A stretch of DNA of 57,466 nt, filler included, from Diploschistes diacapsis (GCA_023645945.1; 5 parts of 5 records of this genome joined end to end with filler, not necessarily neighbours in it), one strand, 5' to 3'. Counted from the first letter of the whole stretch, positions 1 to 13,493 are shown. Program-made: numbers and translations. The notes: generated by a model not told the origin, from the sequence alone.

Positions 1-972
1 CTCATCTACACTCCCCCACCACACCCCCTCCAACAGCCCAAAGAAGGCGAAAAGGAGAGCCGCGCACACAAACTCCAGCGCAAGTGGCAGAACGAAGTCC
101 GCGCCGCCAAACAATCGACCGCCAAAACCGCCAGCTGGCACGGCGTCAAAAGCAAAGCCACCAAAGGCATCGTCTGGGCCATGAACCAGGTTAAATCCGC
201 GGATCTCGAGTTCCTCAATCGCGTGCCCGCTTCCATCAGCAGCAAATCGCCGCGCTCCTCCACGGACTCAGCCCACGACGAGCTCGCCGACGACTCTCAT
301 GCCGAGGGCGCGGAGACGCATCGGACGGTCGGGCTAGAGGAAATGGTGCTCGTGTACCCGTCGTCCTTCCCGGCCAGCCCGGCACAGGTGCGGGAGGAGT
401 TCGTGAGCAGCATGATGCGGACGAAGAGCAAGGCGCAGCGCGACGCGATTCTTGCGACGGGCCTGCTGCCTGTCTCCGCGGCCATCGACGTCCTGGCGAC
501 CGTTGTGTGGCCGTTTGGCGGGCTGCTGGAAGTGGATGGCGTGTGGGCGTATGCGAGTCTGAGGGGTGCGAAGACTGCGAGGAGTGTGACGAAGAGGTTG
601 ACGTCTAGTAATGCTGAAGCTTCTGCCGGGGCGGCCAGAGGTGGAGGCAGTGGGAATGATGCCCAGTTACAGCTCTCTTTTGTGCCGTCTCCGAGGATGG
701 AGATACTCAAGGCGTATCTGGCAGCTAAGTGTTCGGAGCGGGATCCGAAGCTGTTTAGAACCGTGGAAGGCGGGATGAGGCCGACGGAGAGCGAAGTGTT
801 GGAGGCGATAGGATGGAGTCCTGGAGCAGAGACCAAGAACTGGGAGGATGAGCAGTGGGAGATAGAGGAGGTGAAGGAGGATTTGAAGGTGACGTTGGGC
901 AAAGGAGCTAAGGCCTGGGATAAATGGTGCAAGGGCTATGAGAAGAACCCCGGGAAGGCTTTGAAGAAGTAG
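1..972 (+). CDS. Fungal hypothetical protein, 5'-truncated
   Basis: Frame 1 is open from base 1 (LIYTPPPHPLQQPKEG...) through ORF 181-972. GC-rich coding-like composition and a hydrophobic segment (LLPVSAAIDVLATVVWPFGGLLEVDGVWAY). Confidence 0.7.
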   Translation, partial: LIYTPPPHPLQQPKEGEKESRAHKLQRKWQNEVRAAKQSTAKTASWHGVKSKATKGIVWAMNQVKSADLEFLNRVPASISSKSPRSSTDSAHDELADDSHAEGAETHRTVGLEEMVLVYPSSFPASPAQVREEFVSSMMRTKSKAQRDAILATGLLPVSAAIDVLATVVWPFGGLLEVDGVWAYASLRGAKTARSVTKRLTSSNAEASAGAARGGGSGNDAQLQLSFVPSPRMEILKAYLAAKCSERDPKLFRTVEGGMRPTESEVLEAIGWSPGAETKNWEDEQWEIEEVKEDLKVTLGKGAKAWDKWCKGYEKNPGKALKK

Positions 973-1379
973 ATAGACGTCACGGATGGAAATGATGGGG
1001 CATCATGGCGTTGGCAGGGACATCTTAAGGCATAATTGAAGGCCTGAAAAGCTGCTGGATGGGCAGGAAGCATAAATTACAGTACTCGTTTAGATTATCC
1101 AGTTTCCCATGAATTTGTATGCTGAGCTGCATTGCATATGTTCTTTGAGGTGCCGATAATACAGCCAAGGTCAGCCATTGCGCCTCATAAACTTACTAGA
1201 GCTTCCAGATTCTTGTTTCATGAAATCATTCCCCAGTCCCATGCTCTGAAATGAGATTCCAGATACCTTACCGAAAGCATCCATCGGATACTAACGCCTT
1301 TATCACTCCAACATAACTAATATAAGGAGATAAACTCAGTCTTGCATACCCTTAGAGCCAAGCTTTCAACTGCTGAGCA

Positions 1380-2577
1380 CTAGGTTAAATCAGCTCGAGC
1401 GAGCGCATCTACCACATCATCAAACGTACCAGCGCACGCTTCACAACGGCACGATTTTGTGTGCTGCACCTGCTTTCGGCCCCCACCATAATTATAGCCC
1501 AAATCATTCGGCCCCCTCCTCCCCATCTCTGATCCCCACTGATAAGAAACCGGATCCTTCTCCCTGCAATCCGGCTTCATGGCCCTCTTCACGAGATCCT
1601 CGTGACTCTCATCGTCGGGTTGGATCCAGGGGTTATACTCCTTTCTCTTCGCCCTGGCCTCCTCCCTCTTGTCCTCTACGTACCCTTGCAAGAAAATTTT
1701 CTCCTCGATGCTGATGGGAAGTTGCGCCTCGCAATCTTCTTTTGAGCTGTAGTCCAACCTGGGTCCAGGCCTTGTCGGAGTAACAGCGGAGGGCCCTGGC
1801 AGATCTTCGTTCTCCTCGAAGTATGCCTTATGAGTCTGGTTCAGGTCGAACATGTTCTCGGCATCGAGCTTGTTGTGGAGCACCACAGACTGTTTCCAGT
1901 AGAGCTTGCGGTCGTCCAAGTGCATGTGGATCTCCGGGTTCCAGGCTTTCTCGTCGAAGCGCGGCCACTCGCGCACGCCCATTGATGCAAAACGCTTCCA
2001 GTCTGCAAGTAGCTCGAACCTGCTGGACTCCTGAATGCTCAAGCCTTTCAAGGCCATTACGACCGGCTCGTAGCAGTAGTGTATGAATGGAAGCACGGTG
2101 CGTGAACGTGGGTAGTTGTTCATCCAGCGAGCGTAGGCATTCTGGAATTGGGGATGTCCGAGAGCGAGGCTGCTGCCGGTGATGAGGATGACTGCACATT
2201 CTCGTGCCAGAGCCCAGTTGTCGAGGTTGGGAAGGCGGCGGAACATGTCCGCGTCGAATTCTCGGATGCGATCCTCGAGCTCGTTGCGTTGTCTGGTGTT
2301 GGGAATTCGACGCCATTCGGTTTCTTGAGCGACTCTGGATAGGGTACTTAGCTCGTCACTCGGATACCCGTTTATAAACAACCGGGATCTGGCGATGGTA
2401 AGAGAGGTTAGTTAGCAGTTTGTGGAAAGCTCACGGTTCAGTCACATTCCACAAACGTTCGTTATTGACATATCGAGCGCCAGGCGGTGGCCAGAAAGCT
2501 GGCGGCTTCAAAGCGTTCACGTACTGGCCAGCCCCAAGATAAGGTTGAGGGTAAGAAGGTGAAAGCTGCTCTTCCAT
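1380..2577 (-). CDS. Hypothetical protein, two exons
   Basis: 333-aa ORF 1380-2381. An upstream exon from ATG 2577 (MEEQLSPSYPQPY...) joins in frame through a GTGAGC...CTAAC...CAG intron at about 2389-2434. Confidence 0.6.
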
Positions 2578-3199
2578 GTCGTGAATGATGTAGTGACTTA
2601 TGTCGTGAAAGTCACGTCGCTAACGCCACGAGGAAATACATGAGTCGTGAATAAATGGGATATTCATGATATCTGGATACAGAGAGCCCACGTAGTGGTG
2701 GAGAGGGAGTTATGGCTTGTTTAAAGCGGCGATAGTATCTGAGATGTCAAGGCGCGGATAGGAGAAAGAGCAAGATAGGTGACAAATTCGTCAACAAATA
2801 GCGCAATTGTTACGCAACTGGTGAAGGAGGCTCTCCGATGGTCGACCGTTGAATAAAAAAAGGGTTTGAAGAGAAATACTGCTTTCTGACGCTGGTGATT
2901 TAGGAAATTTACAAGACATCTGGCACAAGTTTCGACCTAAAAACCTTTTGATCAACACGAAAAGAGGAGATGATAGTGTTGAGGGAGACTCGATGTAGTT
3001 CTGCTAGACATACTGAACAAGTCATGATGTGGGCTTGAGGAATTGATTAACACTTATAACAAATCAAAGAGTTCAACAAGCCTAAGATTGAGATTGAAGC
3101 TTCCGGGTTGGACTGGACCTAAGCAATCAAGCATTCAGAATTGCGGCTCGTGAAACCGCCGCTATATCGGTCATCCGAGTGACTGTCCCAACCGCTTTT

Positions 3200-4260
3200 T
3201 GAGCTTGTTCCATAGGCTTCTTATGATGAAAGGAACAGCCACATAGTCAAGCTTCGGCAATTGTTGCGGGCATCTTCTCGCGAGTGTCTTTGCCAGTTAT
3301 ACGGGCGAGAAGAAGAGGTCATGATGAATTGCCAGAGTGTTGCAGGTTCCCCATTTGTATGCAGGCGAAGACAATACCCACGGATGACCGAAGCCAGACA
3401 CTCTCTACAAAGGTAAACCAACATGGAAACTGTTCCATTTGAGAAATTGGGAAAGCCCGAAATGCGTTCTCCCTAGAAATACCCCCATGGTCAATTAGAC
3501 TCGATTCCAAAGTCATAGGGCCGAAACTCCTGATGTTCCACGAGTGACTCGGGTCGAATCGGTGTAGTATTGTATATCTAGGACTTCATGTTGCCCATGC
3601 CCTATGATGGTTGACATGAACTATCTGGTTCGCTGGAGCCATGCCATATGCTCTTCGAGGGTGAGATCCCAACAGGATTTATCCATTTAATCAGTTCCTC
3701 TTTGTCTATCGCCAAAAAAATTTCCTTTCCACTATGGTGGACTCTTACTCGCATCACAACTTTTGGATTGAGGTTGATCGGATATAAGATCTTTAAAGCC
3801 GACGACAGTGATGACTAAACACAAAAGTGATACGATTCAACTTCTTGGGATAAACAGCCTCAAAGCTTATCGTGAAAGCCTATTTATTGCAAGACCGATG
3901 AAGGTTGACAGCTCTGTGATGCTCATTATATCTTCTACTGCCCTCAAGGTTCTGTCCAACGCGCTTTCGGTTTATCCAAATACTTTCTTTGTCTTCTTTG
4001 TATCCACTCGCAAGAATAGCTGCCATTACGGCCGCCATGTTAACCTTGGGTATCTCTCGTCCTTTTAACAGAATGGGAACCTTAGTGACCGCCTAAGACC
4101 CTCCTGTGGGTTTATATACATGGGCTTGGCAGCCCGTCGATCAGGCTATTCCACACAGTCTGGTATGGCGTTGTTTCCATTTCGCTCGCCTACCGGGCTC
4201 TAAAGAGGTATCTCTACCCTGGTATCCAATTCACTTGCCAAAGGGTACGACTACGGCCCA
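3200..4260 (-). pseudogene. Heavily decayed NB-ARC/STAND (NLR-like) gene remnant
   Basis: Manual minus-strand reading gives motif remnants in the expected order across broken frames: VVPFGK*IGYQGRD (cf. VPFxRNxxFxGR), GLGG-like (P-loop), IWIN (cf. VFWINA), ATLWQFIM (cf. xTTWxISF), LTMWLFLSS (cf. LLxLLAFL). Many stops and frameshifts. Confidence 0.3.
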
Positions 4261-6923
4261 TCAATTCTGAAACCAGTGCCCGCGCTCGCTGAATGTCACT
4301 ATTGAGAAGGACAGTGCAACATTGATAAATTTATTCCTGAAGTTGGGGTCAATTCAAGGTAAAGCTCTGCTTTCTTCCACTACTAGGCCCTCATTCCGTC
4401 GAGGATACTGGCTAGCTGAAGTCTAAAATCGACGAGAAACGAACATTTTTGCTCCATGTGTGCCCCAAAGAAAGAAAAGGTAATAAAGCGCTATTGCGTG
4501 GCCCGGCCACTGGGAATGCTGTCTATATGCTGCACCAAGGGAATCAGTGTTCGATACAATGATTGTGATGGGGAGCGTTGCAAGCAGTATACAGAGAGAA
4601 ACCTCTATGCTGTGATTGTCCTATTCTGTCCTGACTCTTAATACTCTTCTTTCGGAGAGACTGCCTTTCCAAAGGCATCCTCACAAGGCCTTATTGGGCT
4701 ATTGAGGACTCTTTTGCACATTGTCCACTCACGCCGGTAGCCCTCATGATCAAGAGCCTGTTCTGGAAGGCTCAGGCATGGCAAGGAATGCAATTTAGCC
4801 TGATCCACTAACACGGATGTCATGACATGACTGGCGCATCAAATTAACTCCTCCCTGCTAAAAACAAATTCTATGAGGGTGTAGAAGGCAGATCTTAGCT
4901 TGGAAAGGCAGGAGTTTCGAAGGGGGAGTCGCGAGGATAGTAGGGGTTTGGCAAATGTGTTCGATACATATGTCAGTAGTGCCAACCTTGGAGTAGACGG
5001 CGATGCCTTTATCGTGTGTCCGCTTACGACCCCTATGTAAGACTTTGAGGTATGCTTGCCAACATACTCAGCTGCTGTTCCCTATTAACGCGTTCTAGGT
5101 ATATATTATATAGAGGTTAGAGCGGCTTTTCACTGAGGGCGGAAGCAACAGGACGGTCATCTATCTTGAAAATTACAGTATCGCTAAATTCCGGTGCTTA
5201 TTAAGACAAGATCTTTTCTATTGTAAGTATAGTCCTCATTGTTATACAAATCATAGTTCTAAGTTCTCGTTGTATCACTTGCCGCAAACGTCTTAATCTT
5301 GAGAATTCCAATGGCTATGGTTCGTTTCTAGTGAGAATTCTCATCAGTAACCCCAAGCTAAATTAACCTTGGCGTCTAGGCAATACTGCACAATAGTAGC
5401 TTCAAAGACTCATACCCACGAGGGCTTGCACTTTGGTCTTGGCGAAGTTCCTTCTCGTGACCAAGTGAACACGCACACGTCTACGCCTATGCTCGCTCAT
5501 CTCCGCCTATTCTTCCTGAACTTGGCTTAAGATTCGTATCAACAGAAGTCAACCATAGCTGGTTCGAAGTGTGATTGTTCTCACGAGTTCTAGTTACAGG
5601 ACCACTATAAAGTACTACCTGGCATGAGATCAAGATCTTTCCGCAGAGATGACAATGACTCCAAGATACAACGAGCGACCATAGCCCGAGCAGCGGCCAC
5701 CTCGCCCAGTATTGATAGTAGGGCAGGGGCCGACCGGAGTAGAGTGAATTGGAACGGGCGGACATCGACACCTTGTACACCGTCCGACGGCGAATGCTCC
5801 CCGAGAACCGGTCGATTCACAACGCCGGAGCATCGAACATCTGTGTCGCCTAAAACCCGAATGGAGGAGCGGAAGTTAAGCCTGGCTGGGGCCATTGAAT
5901 TAGCCCGCCTATCTCCTCTAGATTATAGGAGGCAACGCAGGTCAAGACTCCATTCCTAGGGCTACGTCAAACCGCATGTTGATTTTATAGTGAGAGACGA
6001 AACAACGATCACCGAACAACTATGCCACTCACTAAATGCTGCCCTTGCAGTTGTCTTGGCAGTCCTGCTCGTCAGCTATCGACTTCCAGCGCAGGATTCT
6101 AAAGCTTAAGGATATGGTCTTCAACCCCTTCCAGTGATGCTGCCGTGAGCTCGGACTTCTATCTGGAAACACTAAGTTGTCAAGCCTACATTAGATCCTA
6201 AGTGTGTTGTGGCATTGTTCTTGGTCTCTTCACTTTCGTTTTGCTAATTTAGATAAAATGTCCTGGACGATCTATGGGTCATTTCATAATGAGCACACCC
6301 CAAGCTTCTTGATGAAGTTGTTCTACATACACAACGTATCTTTCCTTATCTACGTACATGCTATTTATGGCGTTTGGCTTCCTACATATCTCAAGGAAGT
6401 GTTTTCTGCCATTAACCAAGACTCATCCATTGTTCTATTTTTGACTCCATATCATAGAATCCTGCTGTTTGCGGCTATTCTTGGCATTTACTCCTATTGT
6501 CGTGGTTCTTGAAAAACTACTTGTGACATTGATATAGGTTCATTCTCTTTCATTATGAGTCCTTGGCACTTTTTGAAACACATCGCAATGTAATGTTTTG
6601 CGTTCTATCTGTGCTTCTTTGGCCTATACTCTAGAGAATTTGATCACCACGAAGCACACCCACCCCCTTAGAATATGAGTTTCTAAATACATCTCGATGC
6701 TTTGATTCCTTGTCCCATCAGCCTCCGACTATGTCTTTGAATACTATTTGACGCGCCGGTCACAAAGATCAAAGGACCATAGCTCGCTCTGGTAGGGTTT
6801 TAACCTCTGCTATCTGTGCATCTTGCTTTTCATAAACCATCTGACTCAAAACCAGACCACTCTGCTTGGAGCTGCTTGCGTCTGGATACCCGTAATCATA
6901 GTCAAAGCTGTCAATTCGAAAAA

Positions 6924-9157
6924 ATGGTGCTTACCAGGGCTGCTCGTGCCCGTAACCATGAGAGACTATTGCCTCTTACCGATGATCTTCCTAGTTGTGT
7001 CCCACGACGGAGACCGAGACGGAACCAGGCCACTCAACAAGCAACCACCGCTGCGCCGGCGCAGCAAAGTTCAACCGCGAAGTCGCGGAAAGTAAGAAAA
7101 GGGAAGGCGGCGGCCAGAAAGAAAAATGCGAGACCAAAAGCCAGTTCCATACTGGGAACGCCAAAGCCATCAGAAGCCCAACAGTCAGAGCTCGCGGCCG
7201 CTGAGGTAGCTGCAATAGTACCACAGAATGAAAAGACGAATCAGGCTGTTGTCCTAGACGATGCCTTACCGATACACAATGAAGCGGCCACTATAGCCAC
7301 TGCTCAAGAAGTTTCGGTTCCATTACAATCCGAGGAAAAACTGGAAGGAATGCCAATGCAAACGAGTTCAGCAGATGACCAGGCTCCTTCGCCAGAAGAA
7401 GCTGTTGTGGAGAGCATCCTGCTGCCAACACAACCTAGAGGAGTGGATCAAGTAGCTACTCAAACGCAAAGAGTCGCATTCATGACCCAAACTGAAAGGA
7501 CAACTGAGGTGGTTGAACCACAAGTTTCATCGCGGACACAGCCCGAGAATATGCATCAAACTACGCAGGGCCATTTCCTTAACTCTTCACGAAGCGATCG
7601 ACAAAATCCTGTCATTCATGAGGAAACGGTTCTGGAGAGCATTGAGCAAACGGAACACCTTCGGGAAGGTCTTTCAGCGGGAGAATATGGATCGGAAGAC
7701 ACTACTGTGTCAATGCATAGTGAACGAACAGGTAAGCAAAAGCCTTTTCCTTCTCTCTTGCCCTCTGATTTGCATTTTGCCCTTCCTCAAAGTCCAACTG
7801 CCGACCTCGGAAAAGCTCTCCCTCGATCATCTGGTAAGTGAAGCATTCGGTTATGCTCTTGAACCTATTCGCCTACGGCGAGATACCGCCAGAGTAGCTT
7901 TACTGATTGCTTAAAGCAGGTCACATTTATCAACTAGCTGCCGAACGTCGTGAGGCAGGTGCACCGCCTCCCTCTTCAAAGGCAATTCCTTCATCACAAC
8001 AAGTATCAGGAGCAGTCTTGGAGGCCCTGCCCTCTTCTTCGCAACAACCGCAGGCTCCAGCATTTAGGGCCCTATCTTCTCCCCTCAATGTCACCCCACG
8101 ATCAGTTCACTGGCCTGGAGACAGTCATTATGCGGCTGAAGATGGCCAAGAGAGGCTTGCTCATAATGGTTCGGGAGACTCCACATTAGATACTGAGACT
8201 GTTGAAGGAGGAAGAGTTATCCACTGCATTTGTGAATCACGAGTCAACGACGGCAAATTGGTGCATTGCGACACGTGCGATACGTGGCAACACATAGTCT
8301 GCTATTATAAAAAGGGCGAGCGACCAAACAAGAACGACACTCATATATGCATAGACTGTGAGCCCAATCAGAGGCTCGACGTGAAGAAGGCAAAGCATAT
8401 TCAATACAGAAAGTGGAAAAACTGGACCAAAACCTGCGCGGCAATAAATGCGACCCACAAATGGGTGAAGCAATACACAGAACTGCTCTCTCAAGGTGAA
8501 AGCTTTGAATCAGCTGTCGGATCGCCAGAGTGGGATCCATCAAATGAAAATCAGATCAGCTGTATTTGCGACAACGAATCTTTCGATGGCGATATAATAT
8601 GTTGCGACAAGTGCGATCACTGGCAGCACGTCGATTGTTACTATCGAGGGCAGAGTATCCCAGGGGACTATGGACCCAGACTCTACCAAGGGCATATATG
8701 CGTCAAGTGCAATCCAAGACATATTAATCATCAGGCTGCTCAAGAACTTCAGCAGCGCAAGAAAAGTCTGCCTCTAGCGACCAGCGAAGAAAGGGAAAGT
8801 AAGAAGATACCTATTTTCAACCCTTCCAGGAAGATTCTTAGGTTGAGGACCTTCGCCCGCAGACAAGAACCCCGGCGGCAGTCACTCTTCCTACGCGCTC
8901 AGTCGATCCCACGCATGTCGCCCCCAACTCCTGGTCTACAGCCTTCTTCCACTCCGGATCCCCTGCTTAGGGTGCAAAGGGGTAGAGAAGATGTAGATCA
9001 TGGACCTTGTTCCTACGAAGAGGGCCCTCAACTACCGATTCCTCGGCGTAGACGCCGTGCACATAGTGATTACTATGGTTCAATTGAGGAGATAGATGAG
9101 GATGATGAGGAAGACGCTGAGCATGAGCGCTCCTTCAAGCGTCCTCGTACTCTTTAG
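6924..9157 (+). CDS. Protein with two PHD fingers and a long low-complexity N-terminus (spliced)
   Basis: ATG 6924 (MVLTRAARAR). Probable intron about 7834-7919 (GTAAGT...CTGAT...CAG). Two C4HC3 motifs: IHCICES...HCDTCDTWQHIVCY...CIDC and ISCICDN...CCDKCDHWQHVDCY...CVKC. Confidence 0.75.
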
Positions 9158-9284
9158 CAAGCCCACCAAGCTCTGGCCCGCCACTGACATTGTCATTCTG
9201 TACCATAATTACTTTCACCTTCCTTTTTGCATATTTCAGCAAGCGAGCGGTGTTTTTGAGTATTTCTTACTATGAGACTAACCA

Positions 9285-11437
9285 ATGCATACAGGAACCT
9301 TGAGGGACCAAAGAACTTCGGTAGTGCTAGCTCGTCCTTCGGACCTTGCACGCACGATCTCCCTCGATACTACTTCACATATAGCACCTTTGCAAGGAGA
9401 CTTATCCGTAACAACCGCACCTGTTACTACTACAATACCCAAACCACATATTCGCAATGTCCAACATCCTACATTCGGGCAACCTGGCTTCAGAGACTTG
9501 GACTCACATATTTTGCCACCCACGTCCTTGCACGCAAATCCTCCTAGGCCTGTTGAGCCACAATTCTCCTCGTTTGCAAACACAGAGGCACTCTCCACGC
9601 CCAGCCAATTGCATACCTTCGGCGCACCCCTCATAGCCCCCAGACCCCAAAGACCAAATGTATCCGCATTCGCATATCCGCGCGAACCCGATATCTTCCT
9701 GGGCGACCTAGACATCTCACCTCCAGCCAGTCCAGAGCCCGGCCAAACGTCAACGCCGCCGCACAGAACCATGTCTCCCACCACCCAGGCCTGGCACGGC
9801 AACAAGCGAGCCGATCCCGGCGCATATAGGCCTACCCCTGCGCAGTCAACAATCGCCGCTGCTACAAGTGATTTCATGCAACCATGGGTACGGAGATGGT
9901 CACAAACTGCAGGCGCTTTACAGCCTTCAAGCCAGATAGAAAGCCAGGTGACAAAAAAGCAAAGGGAGAGTATCGCGGAGAACCTGTACGAATCCGATGA
10001 GGTGCAAGCTATATTGGGGAAGATGAGAGAATCGGACTCGAGGCCGCGTAAAAGGCCTGGGGAAAGGCCGTCCGAAGCTCAAGTGCTTCCTGGATCATTA
10101 GCTCTGGATGAGGATCGTCCGCGGAAGAGACCTAGGTCTGAATGTTCAGGACCGTCTCAGCTAGTGACAGGGATCGAGGGGATTCAGGCCAAGGAACCAC
10201 TTGAGTATCATGGAGGCGATTCTGTGCCATCTATCGAAGAGGAAACAGCTCAGCCTAGTAAAGAAAGCAGCGTTCAGGCCATGGTGTCAACTGCCTTCAG
10301 ACTTGACCCTACCAACAGCGTCCAGCCTTTCGGTTCTTTGGGAAGGCAATCGCGTACATTTGGCTGGTCTCCATCAATGCTCACCGTCTCCGGCTTGGGC
10401 GCGTTACCGGCAAACACACGTGAGATAGGGCCATTGGGCTCAATACCAGATAGCCTACTCGGCAACCGACGAAAGAAACAACCCTTCAAACCAGAGTCCG
10501 GGCCACCACCTAAAGTGCCTCCATTACCACCCAGAGAGCCTCAACAACAAGCAAGCGCTTTGTCTGGAGTTCAGGAACAGCAGCCCCTCCAATCCAGGCA
10601 GCAACAACTTGAGCAAATGGTCAGAGAAGTCGACTCTTCGGCTTCGGTGGGACGCAGTGATAGCTCTGTTAGTCTACTTCAAGACCGGAAGCGCCGCCAA
10701 TCCGGTGTAGAAGGGTTTATGGCAGCAGGGGGAAGAGTTTTTCAGTCCTTCAGCCAGCCGTCAGGGACGGGCATCTTTGCACCTGCCAGGCTCTCACTCA
10801 TCCCCGAGGAAATATCAACTCACGACGATAATCAGGATGAAGGCAATGCAGAGCCCACAAAAGATTTTCCGGCGTCCAGGGTATCAGCAGCTCGGCCATC
10901 CAGAAAACTATCAGAGGCACCATCTCGAGATCCAACCCCTTTCTCCGAGCAGACCACAGAACCCTATCCTCAAAGGCAAAGCCCAGGCTTCGGGCAGACC
11001 TTGGCGTCCCCGTCGATAGCATCTACAGAAATAGCTACTCCACCACCGCTTGGCTCCGATGAAAGTCTATTCTCTCCGCCTTCCTCGCCAGCAGTCGAAG
11101 GCGACGAAAACGTACCACCTAGCTCCGGCCACGCACTCGGCACGCCACGGGCTCCATTGCACCTACAGCCCGCCGCGCTCATGTTCGCTAATAGACCCCC
11201 GCCTTCACCCGAGAACTCCCCTCCCGCTTCTCCCGCCAGCGAGCCCGACTCACCCTCCTCTTCATCCTCTTCAACAGCAGGCCGTGCTACCCCACCCCAA
11301 CCGTATCCGCAGCCACAACCCATCTCGGCCTCAGCGCCCAGGCATCGGTCTCCCTACCCCACGCTACCGCGCGAGCTGCCCCCAAGCACACCACTCTCCC
11401 CCTCCCCGCACTCGACCTCCTCCCTACAACCATATCC
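9285..11437 (+). CDS. Long Pro/Ser-rich disordered coding region, 3'-truncated; possibly a further exon of the PHD gene
   Basis: More than 700 codons open up to the contig end. CTAAC branch site at about 9278 and CAG at about 9293 suggest it is entered by splicing. Confidence 0.6.
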
Positions 11438-11537
11438 NNNNNNNNNNNNNNNNNNNNNNNNNNNNNNNNNNNNNNNNNNNNTTAATTAATTAANNNNNNN
11501 NNNNNNNNNNNNNNNNNNNNNNNNNNNNNNNNNNNNN
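11438..11537. other. Artificial contig-joining spacer
   Basis: 44 N + TTAATTAATTAA (stops in all six frames) + 44 N. Confidence 0.98.
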
Positions 11538-11969
11538 CCCCCTTTCCCCCCGCATACTAGATACATGTATCCTCGCTATATCTTCGCTTTTCTGTCATCC
11601 CAAGCGAGTACCTTGTGACTTCTAGCCCCCCTTAAATAAAGTCTTCGCTATAACTAGCATGAACACCACGCGTAATCAATCCATCCCCTTTGTTAGAGGT
11701 GATGATAGACTACTTCTTCGGCTTTGGGATTTCAAACCCAATCAATTCCTTGTGATAGAACTTAGCTAGGAGGCTGAGAACAGAATACAGATTAAATGGA
11801 TGCCCGGATAGCTCTCGAACGCTTCCCTAAGGCCGTGCCACCTGTGCCCAACCATCCCGTTCCTGTGACTAGGCATACCGTACTTTCTCTACGGCCTTCC
11901 GAGCCATCAATCTGCATCCGCCGCTAAAACCGGACCCTCCTGACCTCCTCGCCTCTCCCAAAGATCCAC

Positions 11970-13082
11970 TTACCAGACCACTGGCAGCGTCATACCTCGG
12001 AGGTACTCTGGGGGAATTTCACTGCAAGGCGAGAGCACAGTAGGCTCCATCGCATGCCTAAATGCTTCGGCTTCGGCTTCCAACTCTTCCTTCGTCCTGA
12101 TCCTCAGTGACTTGACCTTGTTCCGCAGCACCTTTTCCGCCTTCCGTGCCATTATCACCGGCATCGCTTCTGCGTTGAACCTCGCTGTGAATGGGTACAT
12201 TGCCGCCATACCAACAACGAATCTGTGCACCTCTGCTTCCAACGTCATTCTCAAACCGAGTCTCTGAGGCATTCCCTCGCTTCGCAAGACCTTTCCTGCT
12301 TTTTGTAATAAGAGGGACGGCATTAGACCAACATTTTTCAAGGCATGTGGGTATTCCTCCACCATGAGATTGACAAATCGGTGAACGTCTGGTTTCAGTT
12401 CAGATCTCTCGTAGTCCTGCTCCTGCTCCGGGGTCCATACGGCAGGTCGCCACGTTCCGGCGGCCGTCGTCCCGTAAACCTCTGATGGACTGGGCGAGGG
12501 TGCCAACGAACGGTCCAGAAAGGCAGGCAAGGAAGGCTCATAACCCATGCAACCGGTTTCGCTCGGAGCACGGAAATAGCCAAATGATTCACCTTCGTCT
12601 TGGAAGTTGTCCATATGGATGGATTGCTGTACGCTGACATTGGGTAATTCAGTCGCTCCGAACAACGGATCGCCCGATGATTGCCCACGAATGTTGAGAT
12701 TCTTGACCAGCCATCTGTCCACAGCTTGCATCCTGTCGTTCATGTCGCACACGGCGTCAAGCTCCCTCTTGCGCTTATCAAACGTTTCGAGGGCTTCTTG
12801 CAACTTTCCGGCTTCCTCTGCGGTCACTTGGCGGGTTGGCTTGGATATCGTAAAGTTTAAACCAAGCGGATTCTCCTTGGTCCGAGGAATCACCCGGTTT
12901 GGAGCCGCTGCTTGGTCTTGCTGCTGTCGCTTGTAAGCTGGATTATTCCATGGATCCCATTTTACTTTGCGCTTGCGGCCTGATCGCTGCTTAATGGGAC
13001 TGCCAAATTCTGTTTCCGTTGCTCCTCCCCAATTAGGCCCGGTCGCCCTCACCATCCCATTAGCTGAGACACGTGCGGGCAT
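11970..13082 (-). CDS. Hypothetical protein (370 aa)
   Basis: Uninterrupted ATG-to-stop ORF with an internal repeat (DVHRFVNLMVEEYP / EVHRFVVGMAAMYP). No family recognised. Confidence 0.6.
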   Translation of the reverse strand: MPARVSANGMVRATGPNWGGATETEFGSPIKQRSGRKRKVKWDPWNNPAYKRQQQDQAAAPNRVIPRTKENPLGLNFTISKPTRQVTAEEAGKLQEALETFDKRKRELDAVCDMNDRMQAVDRWLVKNLNIRGQSSGDPLFGATELPNVSVQQSIHMDNFQDEGESFGYFRAPSETGCMGYEPSLPAFLDRSLAPSPSPSEVYGTTAAGTWRPAVWTPEQEQDYERSELKPDVHRFVNLMVEEYPHALKNVGLMPSLLLQKAGKVLRSEGMPQRLGLRMTLEAEVHRFVVGMAAMYPFTARFNAEAMPVIMARKAEKVLRNKVKSLRIRTKEELEAEAEAFRHAMEPTVLSPCSEIPPEYLRGMTLPVVW

Positions 13083-13493
13083 GCTGAAGGGACTATCTCT
13101 GAATGGTAGAAATTGGAAGCAGTATGTGTGTGGACAACGGTCAAAGCTATCAGTGGATGGAGTAATTCAAGTGTAGATGAAAGATTGCAGCCTTATAGAA
13201 ATCTTCTCTCACTCGGATGCAATGACTTGACGATTTTGAAAGCCAGTGAATGTTAGCGTTTGTGTGCTATTGCACCGTCAACAATAGACATGCAGCCCCG
13301 AAGGCCAATCTGAGTTAAGGAGGAACACCCGTTCTTACGACAGAACGAACGGTCTACTTCGGAAGCCCTTCAATCATAGTGTTTCTCAACATAGGCTAGG
13401 AAAATGACAAAATTATTCAACATTACTATAATGTGCGCATTCTTTGCCCAGATCCCAACGCACACGTACCATGGCATCTGGTTATTTTGATGC

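Noticed and set aside
5487..6512. Short ORFs between the NLR-like remnant and the PHD gene
   Set aside because: No recognisable motif or consistent exon structure, so no call can be supported.
11482..11493. TTAATTAATTAA as a biological motif
   Set aside because: It occurs identically in the centre of every N run and is a six-frame stop linker.
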